From: a virus
Lineage: Duplodnaviria; Caudoviricetes
Length of the DNA: 54,407 nucleotides
Reading direction: 5' to 3' (one strand)
IMG/VR virus record: IMGVR_UViG_3300032327_000339
Coordinates: 1 to 54,407 of that record
Every line of letters begins with the position of its first letter. Positions within the stretch are counted from its first letter, which is position 1. Position numbers and translations under genes: made by a program. This document shows positions 18,416 to 29,053 of this stretch, in pieces. The notes beneath the pieces are model-generated. The model had not been told where the DNA came from. It worked only from the letters and a program-made list of their open reading frames with translations, and did not search any database.

Positions 18416-18709
18416 ATGAATATCGCAGAGTTTATAGAAGAAGTATCTAAGGGTACAACGATTGTTGATTTCTGGGCAGAATGGTGTGGTCCCTGTAAAA
18501 TGGTAACACCTGTACTTGAGCAGATTGCAGAAGAAACAGGAGCAAGACTTCTTAAAATTAACGTAGATGAAGATCAAGAACTTGCACAAGCATTTGGCAT
18601 TACAAGTATTCCTGTAATTTCTTTATATGTCGATGGTGCAAAAACAACACAGGTTGTCGGTGCAAAACCAAAGCCAGCATTAAAGAAAGCATTATTTGGG
18701 GAAGAGTAG
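18416..18709 (+). CDS. trxA: thioredoxin
   Basis: DFWAEWCGPCK. Confidence 0.95.
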   Translation: MNIAEFIEEVSKGTTIVDFWAEWCGPCKMVTPVLEQIAEETGARLLKINVDEDQELAQAFGITSIPVISLYVDGAKTTQVVGAKPKPALKKALFGEE

Positions 18710-18721
18710 TATACTTATATT

Positions 18722-19237
18722 ATGCCTTGGTCAGTTAAAAAAGATTCACGTTGTGGGTCAGGATATGCAGTAGTTAAAGACTCTAACAATGAAGTCGTTG
18801 CTTGTCATAAGTCACGCAAAAGTGCTATTGCACAACAGAGAGCATTGTACGCATCTGAAGCTAAGGTAGCAAAAGCGGTAGTACCAGAAATGCCAGAAAC
18901 ATCTGATCAAGCCGATGAATGGGATAGTCTTAATGAAAGACAACAGGACCAAGCAGAATCATTATTTGAATTAGTTTTAGAATATGGTATGTTTGATCAA
19001 TCATCAAAAGCTAATGGTGCTCATTATGCTTCAGAAAATCCATTTAAAGCACAAGGTCTAATGTGCCAAAATTGCATCTTCTTTAATGATAATACAGGCA
19101 ATCAATGTATGATTGTTCAAGGTGTTATTGCAGGAGAAGCAGTATGCAAGCTTTGGGTTATCCCAGAAGAAAAAATTGTAGAACCCACAGCCAAATCAGA
19201 TAATATTTGGAACGGTTCATTTATTAAACTTTCTTGA
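18722..19237 (+). CDS. hypothetical protein (Cys-containing, possibly metal-binding)
   Basis: MPW..., CxNC.FF...C...C..W pattern, leaderless-type start. Confidence 0.75.
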   Translation: MPWSVKKDSRCGSGYAVVKDSNNEVVACHKSRKSAIAQQRALYASEAKVAKAVVPEMPETSDQADEWDSLNERQQDQAESLFELVLEYGMFDQSSKANGAHYASENPFKAQGLMCQNCIFFNDNTGNQCMIVQGVIAGEAVCKLWVIPEEKIVEPTAKSDNIWNGSFIKLS

Positions 19238-19262
19238 CATTACCTTATTAATTAGGTATAAT
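19234..19262 (+). promoter_or_regulatory. SigA-type promoter
   Basis: TTGACA-17-TATAAT, perfect consensus. Confidence 0.85.
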
Positions 19263-19290
19263 AGAATCTCACAACAAACTTAGGACGGTT

Positions 19291-19767
19291 ATGCAGGTAT
19301 TTTTATCTGAATATACATTTGCGGAATGTGCAAGTGTTCTTGATACTAAAAGATTAGTTAAACAGTTACTAGAAGGTCGTCAGATCTTACAAACACTTTC
19401 AGGTGAATCCGCAGGTTGGAGACACCACCCTGCGGTTAAAATGTTCGTGGGTTCAGAGGGTGTACTATATATGTACCTTTCTGCTATTCGTGACGAGATG
19501 GAAAAACGTGGCTACAAGTGGGAAAATAACTGGGAAGTTATTGAGCGTGTACACACACAGCATTTTCCAAACCAAGAGTCTGCTATTCTTCCAGAATGGA
19601 TGACAACAGAAGAATTTGACAAAGTAGTCACAACTCATCGTGGTCGGCTACACGCAAAAGCACCAGAGCTTTATCCACAGTATGAGGAAGAGTTCCATAC
19701 CTATCGTGACAGTGTATGTTGCGAACGGTGTAATTATTATTGGGTAACACATAAGGAGAGAGTATGA
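19291..19767 (+). CDS. pyrimidine-dimer DNA glycosylase / MSMEG_6728-like protein
   Basis: MQVFL...LDTKRLVKQLLEGRQIL...WRHHPAVKM. Confidence 0.8.
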   Translation: MQVFLSEYTFAECASVLDTKRLVKQLLEGRQILQTLSGESAGWRHHPAVKMFVGSEGVLYMYLSAIRDEMEKRGYKWENNWEVIERVHTQHFPNQESAILPEWMTTEEFDKVVTTHRGRLHAKAPELYPQYEEEFHTYRDSVCCERCNYYWVTHKERV

Positions 19768-20174
19768 AAAAAGCAATAATCGTAGATATTGATGGAACAG
19801 TATCAACTAGATTTGATAGAACGCCATATGACTATACAAAAGTTATTAATGATTTGACAATGCCAAATGTAATTGAAGTTGTTAAAGCCCTTTGGCAATC
19901 AGGTAACGAGATTCTTTTTGTTACTGCTAGAGATGATAGCTGTTATGAAGATACATATGAATGGCTTCGTTTACATTGTCCACCTTTTGTTAAACTATAT
20001 ATGCGTAAGTCTGGAGATAAAAGACACGATGCTATTATCAAGCGTGAGATTTATGAAGAATTAATTAAACCTAACTGGGAAGTTCTTTGTGTTCTTGATG
20101 ATAGACAAAGAGTTGTTGATATGTGGCGTGAGATCGGTTTGACTTGTCTACAAGTAGATTATGGAGATTTCTAA
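19764..20174 (+). CDS. HAD phosphatase (PNK 3'-phosphatase-like)
   Basis: DIDGT...VTAR...MRKSGDKRHD..IK...DDR..VV.MWR. Confidence 0.9.
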   Translation: MKKAIIVDIDGTVSTRFDRTPYDYTKVINDLTMPNVIEVVKALWQSGNEILFVTARDDSCYEDTYEWLRLHCPPFVKLYMRKSGDKRHDAIIKREIYEELIKPNWEVLCVLDDRQRVVDMWREIGLTCLQVDYGDF

Positions 20175-20494
20175 TGCCACTTAAAGATTATTTTAAGAAT
20201 CAAAGACAAAACTATGAGTATAAGCTTCTAAAAGAAAATGAGGCTCGTAGACAAGCACTAGCAGATATGATTAAAATAGCAGAAGAGGCAGGGTTATATG
20301 AAGAACCCGAACCTACTTTTGATGAAATTAATAATGCTATTAAACGTGTGCGTGAACTGCATAAATTAGTTATAGAAGATAACGCTGCCTGTGGCGATAT
20401 AGATTGCTGTGGTGAGTATGAGGAATATGAACTATGTGCTGATTGTTATTGTGAATACCCCTGCCCTACTATCAAAGCATTAGACGGAGAATAA
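20174..20494 (+). CDS. hypothetical protein
   Basis: TAATG coupling, AIKRVRELH...C..C...YPCPTIKAL motif. Confidence 0.7.
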   Translation: MPLKDYFKNQRQNYEYKLLKENEARRQALADMIKIAEEAGLYEEPEPTFDEINNAIKRVRELHKLVIEDNAACGDIDCCGEYEEYELCADCYCEYPCPTIKALDGE

Positions 20495-20747
20495 AATGGA
20501 TTTAATGCAATACTTAATCTTATTAAAAGAAGCAGTTTATACAACCGCTATTGAAAATAGTGACCTAAAAGATCCAGAAGAATTATATACGCAACTAGCT
20601 GATAAAATACTTAAGGATGTTAATAATGTGTAAAGCAGATGATATTATTGGTGGCATTATTGTAGCCACTACAGCATTTATTATGGCTGGGGCAGTATTT
20701 ATTATGGCTTCAACTATTTATGATGACTATAAAAGGAATAAGAAAAA

Positions 20748-20969
20748 GTGAGTTACTGGTCTTGGATCTTGGCGGTAATTGGAGTAACAGGTATATTCCT
20801 TGTTGGTCAAAAAACAATATGGGGTTGGCTGGTTTTAACTACTAACGAATTACTATGGATAGGATACGCCTTGAATACTAAACAATATGGTTTTATCGTA
20901 ATGGCTACAGCATATATGATTGTTTATATAAAGTCTTATATTGAATGGAATAAAGCAGATACTTACTAG
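20748..20969 (+). CDS. PnuC-like small membrane protein
   Basis: 3 TM segments, WSWIL...WGW...LW..YA...QYGF. Confidence 0.6.
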   Translation: MSYWSWILAVIGVTGIFLVGQKTIWGWLVLTTNELLWIGYALNTKQYGFIVMATAYMIVYIKSYIEWNKADTY

Positions 20970-20989
20970 ATTTATGGTAAAATGTAGTT

Positions 20990-23900
20990 ATGCCTAACAA
21001 AAAGTTCCAAGTTCCTATTAACTTAGTTAATTTATCTTCCGATCCAGTTTCTGGTTCTGAAGGGGATATGTATTATAATACAACAACAGATTTTATAAAA
21101 GTATATGCAAATGGTGCTTGGACAAATATTGGAACTACAGGTGCTACAGGTCCTCAAGGACCTCAAGGACCTACTGGTGCTACTGGAGCACAAGGTATTC
21201 AAGGAATAAAGGGAGATACTGGTAATACTGGAGCTACTGGTGCAAAAGGTGACACTGGAGACCAAGGTATTCAAGGTGTAAAAGGTGACATTGGTTCACA
21301 AGGAATTCAAGGTATTCAAGGGATCCAAGGTGTAAAAGGTGATTCTGGAGCAGATGGAAAAACTATTCTTAATGGCTCAGGAGTTCCAACTTCAGGATTA
21401 GGTGTTAATGGAGATTTCTATTTAGATACTGCTGCTAAACTTATTTATGGACCAAAAACTTCAGGTGTATGGGGTTCTGGCACTTCAATAATTGGAGCAA
21501 CTGGACCTGCTGGTCCACAGGGTGCTTCAGGTGATAGTTCAACGCACTACGCTTACAACGCTAGAACAAACACGACAAGTGGTGATCCAACTGCCAATCA
21601 ACTCGGTTGGAATAACTCAACTCAAAGAAACTCTACTGCATTGCGAGTTAATCACTTAGATGCAGATGGGCAAGATGACAGTATTTTTCTTGATCTTATA
21701 AATCAATACGATGTTTTAATTATTCAAGATAAAAATGACGCTGCTAACTATCAAAAGTGGGAAGTGTCTGGAACACCTACATATAATGCAACCTGGGATT
21801 TATTTCCTGTTACCTTAATTGATTCCGCTGGAACTGGTACTACAAACTTTGCAAGTAATCATCCTTTACTTTTTATTATTATTTCTGTTGGAAATGTGGG
21901 TCCAAAAGGAGATACAGGAGATGTAGGTGCACAAGGTCCTAGTGGTGTAATAAGTGTTACTGCACCTATTACAAATAGTGGTACCTCAACTTCTGCCGTT
22001 ATTGGCATAGATCAAAGTAATCTAGCTAAACTTAATACTGCTAACACTTTCACTGTTGGCGGTCAAGTTATTAATAATGATACTGCATCCAATATCCCTT
22101 TAGTAGTTAGGGGTTTTGGTACTGGAGACTCATCTACTCAAAGTGTTGATTTGCAACAGTGGAATACATATAATGGAACTACTTCAACCAATGTAGCAAA
22201 AATTACAAAAGATGGTGTAGCCAATTTTGCTGGTATATCTGTATCAGGAAACTCTGTATTTAACTATACAACAACATTTCAAAATTCTGTTGTTATACCA
22301 CTTATTGCTAAAAACTTAGGTGGTACAGCAGATATTCAACAATGGCAAAACTCTGTTGGAACTGTCCTCGGTGGTCGTAATGCTCTTGGTCAAATATATT
22401 CAGGATCAGCTACGGCAGTTGGAGGATCTAACGCTGCAACAATTTACAGTGTTCAAATTAATAGTTCTACAGAAGGTCAAATTAACTTTGTTACTCAAAC
22501 AGGTCTTGCCATAGGAGATCTTGTAGTTGTAACTGCAGCATCTGGAATTTCTATTATTCCTGCTGCAACATATATTATTACCAATGTTTTAAATAGCGGT
22601 ACAAACAATCTTTCTTATATCAAATTTTCCTTGGTAGGTGCGACTATTACAGCACAAACAACTACCGCTTCTTCTTTACCAGCTTCTGTAACCCCTTTTG
22701 CACAAGCATCATTTACTTCCAGAAGTGCTGGTACTCCTGCACTTTTGATGAGGAACTCTAGTGGTCAAATTGCTGATATTATGCAAGTTCGTGTTACAAC
22801 AGATAATACAACTTGGGGAGCAACATCTGGTTTTAGTAGTTTAGGTTCTCTTTATGTTCGTAGTGGTGCAAGTCTCGGTGGTAGTTTGAGTGTTGGTACA
22901 AACTTTGCTTATGGTACTGGTCAGGTTATTCGTGGAGTTTTTGGTCAAGTAAATGATTTGCTTCAATTACAAAATACAAACTCAACAGTAATTTCAGGTT
23001 TTGGAGCAGCAGGAGAATTGTTTAGTGGATCAACTGCCCCATCATCTAACAGTTTTGCCACACCTATTGCTATAGCATCATCAACTCAGTCAACAACAAC
23101 AGTTACATATAATACTACTTATAATCATGGCTTAGTAGTTGGTCAATATGTAAATGTTATTAATGTCACTACTACCCCAGTAGCACTTGCCCATAATCTT
23201 TCTGGCGTTGTCAATACTGTTCCATCAACAACACAGTTTACATTATTAACAGCAACATCAGGTTCAAATACTAGTTCTGGAACTGGTACAGTAAGTAGTA
23301 CTCGTAATCAAGCATTTATTCAAGGAACATCCACCTATTCTGGTGCTTTAAAACTTAAAGCATCTCCAAATAAAGTAGTAACAGTAACAGCAGCATCTGG
23401 GAATGGAACAACGGTAACATATACAGCAGCACAAAGTGGATATAATGCTCTTATTGTAGGAGACACGGTAACTATTACTGGATTAGGAATTTCATCGGGT
23501 TCATCATTAAATTTAGCATCTCAGGTTATTGTTACATCAAGTGCTACACAGTTTACTGTGACTAACTCAACAGTTGGTGTTTCATCGGGAACTGGTACAG
23601 CAACTGTTTTTCAGTATCCAGCCACATTGACTATAGAAAATGCTGCAGGAGTTGTTGTTAATAGGGTTGATGCAGATGGAAGTTTGAGAACACAATCAAT
23701 TGCAAATGTTGCAGCATACTCAAATGCTAATTTAACTCCACAAACAACAGGATGGATTTTAGCGGGATCTGCAGCAACAACATCTATTCCCCTTAAAATT
23801 CAAAATGCTAATGCTGGAACAATTTCTGGTGATTTAACACAGTGGTTAAATAATACTGGTTCTACAGTACTAGCATCAGTCGGATTTGACGGAGCAATAA

Positions 23901-25132
23901 GAACAATCGTAGGATTTGGTTCAACTACTGGAGGAAAAACATTTGCATATCCAAACTATGATACTGGAGCATTCGGTTTCTTTGGTGGAACTGGAACAGA
24001 TAAGAAGTTAGTTGTAAGAGGAACAGGAACTGGTGGTTCATATACCCAAACTGCAGATTTACAGCAGTGGCAAACATATGATGGAACAACTGCAACAACT
24101 GTAGCAAAAGTTGATGCATCTGGAAATATATTTGCCCCTTCTATTATTGAAACTGGGTATGTTTCTACTACAGGAGATCAGACTATACTGCCAACAACTT
24201 CTTTCTTTGAGGTTGCTGGAACTCCTGGAACAGTAACACTAACTCTTCCTAATGGAGTTAATGGTAAAAAAATTCTTATTAGAAATATAAGTACTACGTC
24301 AAGTGGCAATATTGTCTCTTCAGGTAGTAATATTATTCAAAAAAATAGTCAGGGATCACCAACTAATGCAATTCTTCCTGCAATTTATGGTGCTTGGGCT
24401 TTATTAGTTTATTCAAGTTCATCAGCATTATGGAAAATTATTTCAAGTTCTGCTTACCTAGAAGACAGTTCAAATACAGCATCCACAGTTGTTCTTAGAG
24501 ATAGTTCTGGTAACTTTAGTGCAGGTACAATTACTGCAACATCATTTAGTGGTCCAGCTGCATCTATAACCTCTCTGACAGCAGGTACACTTGCTACCAC
24601 TAATGTTATTGCTGACAATATGTTCAAAAATCAAAGCAGTATACGCTTAACCTCTGCTACTGCTACAAACTCAACTACAACACCTGCAGCAATCTTTGTA
24701 GCGAGTGGAGTTACTGGAGCAATTACTTTAGAAGCTAATTGTACATATGTCTTTAGAGGGGCTGTTTTATTTAATCGTGGTGCATCAGGTTCTGCTGCTA
24801 CTGGTAACATAACATTTAGTTTTAGTAATACACAGCAAGATATATATACTAATGTTATGGGTACAACAAACTCTCCAGCGGTGTCAACATCAGTAATAGC
24901 TAATATTTCATCAACAAATGTTTTTATTGTAACAAATTCAGGTACTGCTGCTGCTTCATATTTTTCTCAATTCAGTGGTAGCTTTAGAACAAATGCCACA
25001 ACAGGTGGAACTATGACCCCACAGTTTGCACAAAGCGTAGCAGGAAATGCAACGATTGGTGCTGGATCTTGGTTAGTAATTGAAAAAATTGCATCTTCAG
25101 GAAATGGTATAATTTCTGGATCTTGGACATAA
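20990..25132 (+). CDS. long tail fibre / virion adhesin with collagen-like repeats
   Basis: G-X-Y repeats at ~21137-21355, GDFYLD motif, repeated DLQQW-type units, Thr/Ser/Gly-rich. Confidence 0.8.
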   Translation: MPNKKFQVPINLVNLSSDPVSGSEGDMYYNTTTDFIKVYANGAWTNIGTTGATGPQGPQGPTGATGAQGIQGIKGDTGNTGATGAKGDTGDQGIQGVKGDIGSQGIQGIQGIQGVKGDSGADGKTILNGSGVPTSGLGVNGDFYLDTAAKLIYGPKTSGVWGSGTSIIGATGPAGPQGASGDSSTHYAYNARTNTTSGDPTANQLGWNNSTQRNSTALRVNHLDADGQDDSIFLDLINQYDVLIIQDKNDAANYQKWEVSGTPTYNATWDLFPVTLIDSAGTGTTNFASNHPLLFIIISVGNVGPKGDTGDVGAQGPSGVISVTAPITNSGTSTSAVIGIDQSNLAKLNTANTFTVGGQVINNDTASNIPLVVRGFGTGDSSTQSVDLQQWNTYNGTTSTNVAKITKDGVANFAGISVSGNSVFNYTTTFQNSVVIPLIAKNLGGTADIQQWQNSVGTVLGGRNALGQIYSGSATAVGGSNAATIYSVQINSSTEGQINFVTQTGLAIGDLVVVTAASGISIIPAATYIITNVLNSGTNNLSYIKFSLVGATITAQTTTASSLPASVTPFAQASFTSRSAGTPALLMRNSSGQIADIMQVRVTTDNTTWGATSGFSSLGSLYVRSGASLGGSLSVGTNFAYGTGQVIRGVFGQVNDLLQLQNTNSTVISGFGAAGELFSGSTAPSSNSFATPIAIASSTQSTTTVTYNTTYNHGLVVGQYVNVINVTTTPVALAHNLSGVVNTVPSTTQFTLLTATSGSNTSSGTGTVSSTRNQAFIQGTSTYSGALKLKASPNKVVTVTAASGNGTTVTYTAAQSGYNALIVGDTVTITGLGISSGSSLNLASQVIVTSSATQFTVTNSTVGVSSGTGTATVFQYPATLTIENAAGVVVNRVDADGSLRTQSIANVAAYSNANLTPQTTGWILAGSAATTSIPLKIQNANAGTISGDLTQWLNNTGSTVLASVGFDGAIRTIVGFGSTTGGKTFAYPNYDTGAFGFFGGTGTDKKLVVRGTGTGGSYTQTADLQQWQTYDGTTATTVAKVDASGNIFAPSIIETGYVSTTGDQTILPTTSFFEVAGTPGTVTLTLPNGVNGKKILIRNISTTSSGNIVSSGSNIIQKNSQGSPTNAILPAIYGAWALLVYSSSSALWKIISSSAYLEDSSNTASTVVLRDSSGNFSAGTITATSFSGPAASITSLTAGTLATTNVIADNMFKNQSSIRLTSATATNSTTTPAAIFVASGVTGAITLEANCTYVFRGAVLFNRGASGSAATGNITFSFSNTQQDIYTNVMGTTNSPAVSTSVIANISSTNVFIVTNSGTAAASYFSQFSGSFRTNATTGGTMTPQFAQSVAGNATIGAGSWLVIEKIASSGNGIISGSWT

Positions 25133-25136
25133 TTCC

Positions 25137-25165
25137 TAGACAATCCTTTAACTATCTGCTATAAT
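25137..25165 (+). promoter_or_regulatory. SigA-type promoter
   Basis: TAGACA-17-TATAAT with TGn extension. Confidence 0.75.
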
Positions 25166-25189
25166 ATAAGTCTAGAAAAGGATTTTATT

Positions 25190-25555
25190 ATGAAGATTTT
25201 GGTATATGGAACTGATAAGTTTCAAGATTATGCAACATTTATGCGTGGATTAGTAGTGGCTATTGAGGATAATTTGATTCCTGCCGACCCTCGCATTGAA
25301 GTATATACAGCAGGACCACATAAGATCAATAACTTTACTGCTGAATTTATTAATCGAACAGAAGGATTTTTTAAACAAAAGAAAATCAAGACTCGTTTTA
25401 GTACCATCAAAAGGGCGGATGCATTAGAAAAATTCCAAGAATATGGATTCGATCACGTTATCTCTTTTAATAGCAAAGATGACGGTAGATTCTTTGATAC
25501 CCTTATGGATAAGGCTGAAACAAATAAAGTTAAATCGTCTTATTATAAATATTAA
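25190..25555 (+). CDS. hypothetical protein, possibly SLOG/YspA-like
   Basis: MKILVYGTDKFQDY start resembles the SLOG N-terminus. Confidence 0.55.
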   Translation: MKILVYGTDKFQDYATFMRGLVVAIEDNLIPADPRIEVYTAGPHKINNFTAEFINRTEGFFKQKKIKTRFSTIKRADALEKFQEYGFDHVISFNSKDDGRFFDTLMDKAETNKVKSSYYKY

Positions 25556-25569
25556 GGTATAATTTAGGT

Positions 25570-25959
25570 ATGGCTACTGAAGTTTCATTTGAACCCACCA
25601 CCGTTAATTTAACTGTATATAAAGGTGACTCAATTAATCTTCAATTTAATTTATTTAAAGGTACTCCAGCCTACACAATTCCTGCTCTTGGTACTGGCAT
25701 TGGTCTTGGCTGGAAAGGTAGCATTAAAACTTCTTCAGATGCAGCATATATAAAGGTTATGACTGTAGCTGGAACAGCAGGGACTAGCATTCTTACAGCA
25801 TACGTTCCAAATACAATTACTACAACTTTTGTTGCTGGAACAACATATAAGTATGACATACAATATACTTGGGTTGAAACTGGAGTAACATATATTAAAA
25901 CTTTTGTAAAGGGGATAATCACAGTTCTAGATGACGTAACTCTAGCAAATGATGCATAA
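25570..25959 (+). CDS. tail-associated beta-sandwich (BppU-N-like) protein
   Basis: LTVYKGDS...YKYDIQ...TFVKGIITV..DVT, paralogous to 53907..54239. Confidence 0.65.
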   Translation: MATEVSFEPTTVNLTVYKGDSINLQFNLFKGTPAYTIPALGTGIGLGWKGSIKTSSDAAYIKVMTVAGTAGTSILTAYVPNTITTTFVAGTTYKYDIQYTWVETGVTYIKTFVKGIITVLDDVTLANDA

Positions 25960-25961
25960 TT

Positions 25962-28052
25962 ATGGCTGAATATAACGCAAGTATAAATATAGATATTGCA
26001 ACTTCAACAGTTACAAATGTAACTGTTACAGATCTGTATGCACCAAAAGTAAATCCAGTATTTACTGGAAATGTAAATGCAAGTGGGGCTACAGGAGTAA
26101 CCCTGCCAGCAAATACAACTATTGGAGATATTAGTGCAACAGAACTAGGATATCTTGATGGTGCTACATCTAACATTCAGGCTAAATTAGATTACTTAAG
26201 TGCAAACATTAGTGGCACTATTACTGGAAATCTTACTCTTCCCCCATATTCTGCTTATTCTTCTGGTGCTATTGTTTTTGAAGGTGCAACAGATAATGCC
26301 TATGAATTATTTCTAATTCCACCAGATCCATTATCTTCAGATGTTTATCTATATCTTCCTTTACCCTCAGCGACTGACACATTAGTTGGTAAAGCCACAT
26401 CTGATACATTCACAAATAAAACTTTTGATACTGCTGGTGCAAACAATGTGTTTAAGGTTAATGGTACATCATTAACAAATACAACAGGAACTGGAAATAC
26501 TGTTCTTTTATCAACTTCACCAAGCATTACTACTCCAATTATCAATAGTGTATCTTTAACTGGATACACAGGAACTGGTAGTACCGTTGCTTTATCTGCT
26601 TCACCAACATTTACAGGAACAACAACCGTTGATGCTCTTACTGTAAGTGGAGATTTAATTGTAAGTGGAACAACTACAACAATTAATTCAACAACTTTGT
26701 CTGTTAAGGATAAAAATATTGAGCTAGGTGTTATTACATCACCCACTGACGTTACTGCTGACGGTGCTGGTATAACAATTAAAGGTACTACAGATAAAAC
26801 ATTAAATTGGGTAGATGCTACAGATGCCTGGACCTCATCAGAAGATTTTAATTTATTAACTGGCAAAGTTTATGAAATTAATGGTACAGCAGTTTTATCT
26901 GCAACGCAGGTACTTGGAAAACCTGTGGGAACTAACGCCAGTGATTCTATTGTAACTCTTGGTGCAACACAGACACTAACTGCTAAAACACTAACTGATC
27001 CAGTGTTTACAAATCCAAATAAAACTATGGCTGGATTAATGGGCTATACATCTACAGCTACTGCAGGTGGAACTACTGTTTTAACAAATGCAAGTTCTTA
27101 TTATCAAGTATTTACAGGAACAACAGGAGTGCAAACTATTACTTTGCCAGTAACCAGCACATTAGCTACTGGATGGACTTTCCACATTGTAAATAATAAT
27201 ACTACTTCTGGTAACTTAACTATAAACTCTTCTGGTGGAAACTTAGTCCTTACTGTTGTTCCTGGAACTACCGCTATGGTTACTTGTATAGGAACAACTT
27301 TAACTACTGCTGCAGATTGGGAAGCTGGCTTAACTGATTTTAGCACATCTACTGGATCAGGTGGTGTTGTTTTAAGCACATCTCCAACCTTTAGCACTGC
27401 AATAGATAGTGGTGGAGCTTTTACAGCATTTTCATCTTCTACAAATTTAACGGTTGGATCATCTGGAACAAATACTATGTCATTTGCTCCAGCAACTAGT
27501 TCTGGAACACATTCTTATTCTAGTGGATCATTTACTGCAAATACTAATACAAGAACAATTAACTTAGGAGCTGGCGGTATAGGTGGTACAGCAGGAACAT
27601 TTAATATAAATATTGGAACAGGAACTAATTCATCAACAGGTGGATTTAGTACAATTACTCTTGGATCATCGTCTGGACTTAGCAGAATTGTTTTTGGAAA
27701 TAATGTTATTAATGTATCACAAACTGCTTTTACGTCTGTAACAACAGGAACAATTACTGGTGCAAATATTTTAACTAAAAATATTTATGCTTCTGGAGCA
27801 ACAACAGCAGTTACACTCACCCTTGATAGTGGAACAAACATAGATTCAGCATCTGGTCTTAATGCTCCAGCAGTCGGTTCTACAATAGAATGGTCAGTTA
27901 TTAATGATGGAACATCTACTGCACAAATTACTATTGCATCAGGAACCGCTCATACTATTTACGGTACAGCAACAATAAATATTGCAACAGCAGCAAAATT
28001 TATTACAAGAAAAGTTGCAACAAACTCATATGCTACATATAGATTAGCTTAA
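25962..28052 (+). CDS. tail fibre / virion structural protein
   Basis: ELGYLDG.TSNIQ, GDLIVSGTTTTINSTTLSVKDKNIEL and TQTLT.KTLT motifs, Thr-rich. Confidence 0.8.
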   Translation: MAEYNASINIDIATSTVTNVTVTDLYAPKVNPVFTGNVNASGATGVTLPANTTIGDISATELGYLDGATSNIQAKLDYLSANISGTITGNLTLPPYSAYSSGAIVFEGATDNAYELFLIPPDPLSSDVYLYLPLPSATDTLVGKATSDTFTNKTFDTAGANNVFKVNGTSLTNTTGTGNTVLLSTSPSITTPIINSVSLTGYTGTGSTVALSASPTFTGTTTVDALTVSGDLIVSGTTTTINSTTLSVKDKNIELGVITSPTDVTADGAGITIKGTTDKTLNWVDATDAWTSSEDFNLLTGKVYEINGTAVLSATQVLGKPVGTNASDSIVTLGATQTLTAKTLTDPVFTNPNKTMAGLMGYTSTATAGGTTVLTNASSYYQVFTGTTGVQTITLPVTSTLATGWTFHIVNNNTTSGNLTINSSGGNLVLTVVPGTTAMVTCIGTTLTTAADWEAGLTDFSTSTGSGGVVLSTSPTFSTAIDSGGAFTAFSSSTNLTVGSSGTNTMSFAPATSSGTHSYSSGSFTANTNTRTINLGAGGIGGTAGTFNINIGTGTNSSTGGFSTITLGSSSGLSRIVFGNNVINVSQTAFTSVTTGTITGANILTKNIYASGATTAVTLTLDSGTNIDSASGLNAPAVGSTIEWSVINDGTSTAQITIASGTAHTIYGTATINIATAAKFITRKVATNSYATYRLA

Positions 28053-28059
28053 TAAATCC

Positions 28060-28088
28060 TTGACATTTAACTAGTCTAAAGGTATAAT
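28060..28088 (+). promoter_or_regulatory. SigA-type promoter
   Basis: TTGACA-17-TATAAT, perfect consensus. Confidence 0.85.
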
Positions 28089-28137
28089 ATAGTAACGAGA
28101 AAATCATAAGGATTTTCCTTTAACAAGAAAGATAGTA

Positions 28138-28350
28138 ATGTTTATTACAAATGAAAACTACGCTAATAAAATCGTAGATACTAATAAGTCCCTATTCTGG
28201 GAAGGTTGGAATATTGTTGAGTTTAAACCAGCCTCTGATGCTTACTACTCACCGCAGGGTGCATTCCGTAATGGTGTGTGGGGATACAAGAATGTCTTTG
28301 CTCCAACAGAGCAGGGCTGGAAGGTTCCCAAGAAATATGTTAGAGGATGA
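28138..28350 (+). CDS. hypothetical protein
   Basis: First ORF after the promoter. Confidence 0.75.
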   Translation: MFITNENYANKIVDTNKSLFWEGWNIVEFKPASDAYYSPQGAFRNGVWGYKNVFAPTEQGWKVPKKYVRG

Positions 28351-28618
28351 GTGGGTAGTCAAAGGCAAATGTAGATCTATGGATGTAGAGATGTTCTTTG
28401 ACAAATATGAAGAAGATGCAGATCTTGCAAAGGTAGTAGATACTAACATATGCCTTCAATGCCCTGTAATCAAAGATTGCTTTAATCACGGTGCAACAAA
28501 CTCTGAATGGGGAGTATGGGGTGGTGTATACTTAGTAGATGGAGAAATCAATCAACTTCGTAATGCACATAAAACTATGGATACTTGGAAAGAAATATTA
28601 GGAGCTATTAGTGACTAG
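28337..28618 (+). CDS. whiB: WhiB-family Fe-S transcription factor
   Basis: C...FF...CLQCPVIKDC...WGVWGG. ATG 28337 preferred to the track start. Confidence 0.9.
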   Translation: MLEDEWVVKGKCRSMDVEMFFDKYEEDADLAKVVDTNICLQCPVIKDCFNHGATNSEWGVWGGVYLVDGEINQLRNAHKTMDTWKEILGAISD

Positions 28619-28871
28619 ATATACCCCAGAACTTTTGGCAGCACTTAAATCTGTCAAACAACCATATGCAAAGATGACTGTTGATTTTGTAGAGTTCCCA
28701 TCTTACCTTGCCGTAAGAACATATGAGAATGAGATTATGTCTATGAGTGAAGGACAAAAGGTTAGCGTTATGGAATACCTACACCAGCTAAGAATAATTG
28801 CTGAGTCTTTAGGTTTTCAATTCCATTTTGACGGTGCAAAGGGTGATCCCCCAAGAGGCTATCGTAAATGA
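28611..28871 (+). CDS. hypothetical protein
   Basis: ORF track, operonic. Confidence 0.75.
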   Translation: MTRYTPELLAALKSVKQPYAKMTVDFVEFPSYLAVRTYENEIMSMSEGQKVSVMEYLHQLRIIAESLGFQFHFDGAKGDPPRGYRK

Positions 28872-29053
28872 ACAACAAACTAGTTTGGATGATTGAAGAG
28901 CATACTACTGCTGAACTTATTCATTATGGAGCATATACATCTAGAGTTAAGTTTTTCTATGAAGGCTTACTTTATGATGAGATTGTAATGAATGATGAGT
29001 TTATTTTATACTCTGAACTAGGCATTGAACAAGACTTTATAGAGGAGAATTAA
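28868..29053 (+). CDS. hypothetical protein
   Basis: ORF track, operonic. Confidence 0.7.
   Translation: MNNKLVWMIEEHTTAELIHYGAYTSRVKFFYEGLLYDEIVMNDEFILYSELGIEQDFIEEN

Noticed and set aside
18223-18450. 75-aa ORF
   Set aside because: It starts inside tRNA-Thr and has no RBS.
15927-27397. Long antisense ORFs (15927..16274, 26345..26866, 27104..27397 and similar)
   Set aside because: These are shadow frames of Pro/Thr/Gly-rich sense genes.
20990-28052. Diversity-generating retroelement acting on the fibre genes
   Set aside because: No reverse transcriptase and no template/variable repeat pair were seen. The internal repeats are protein-level.
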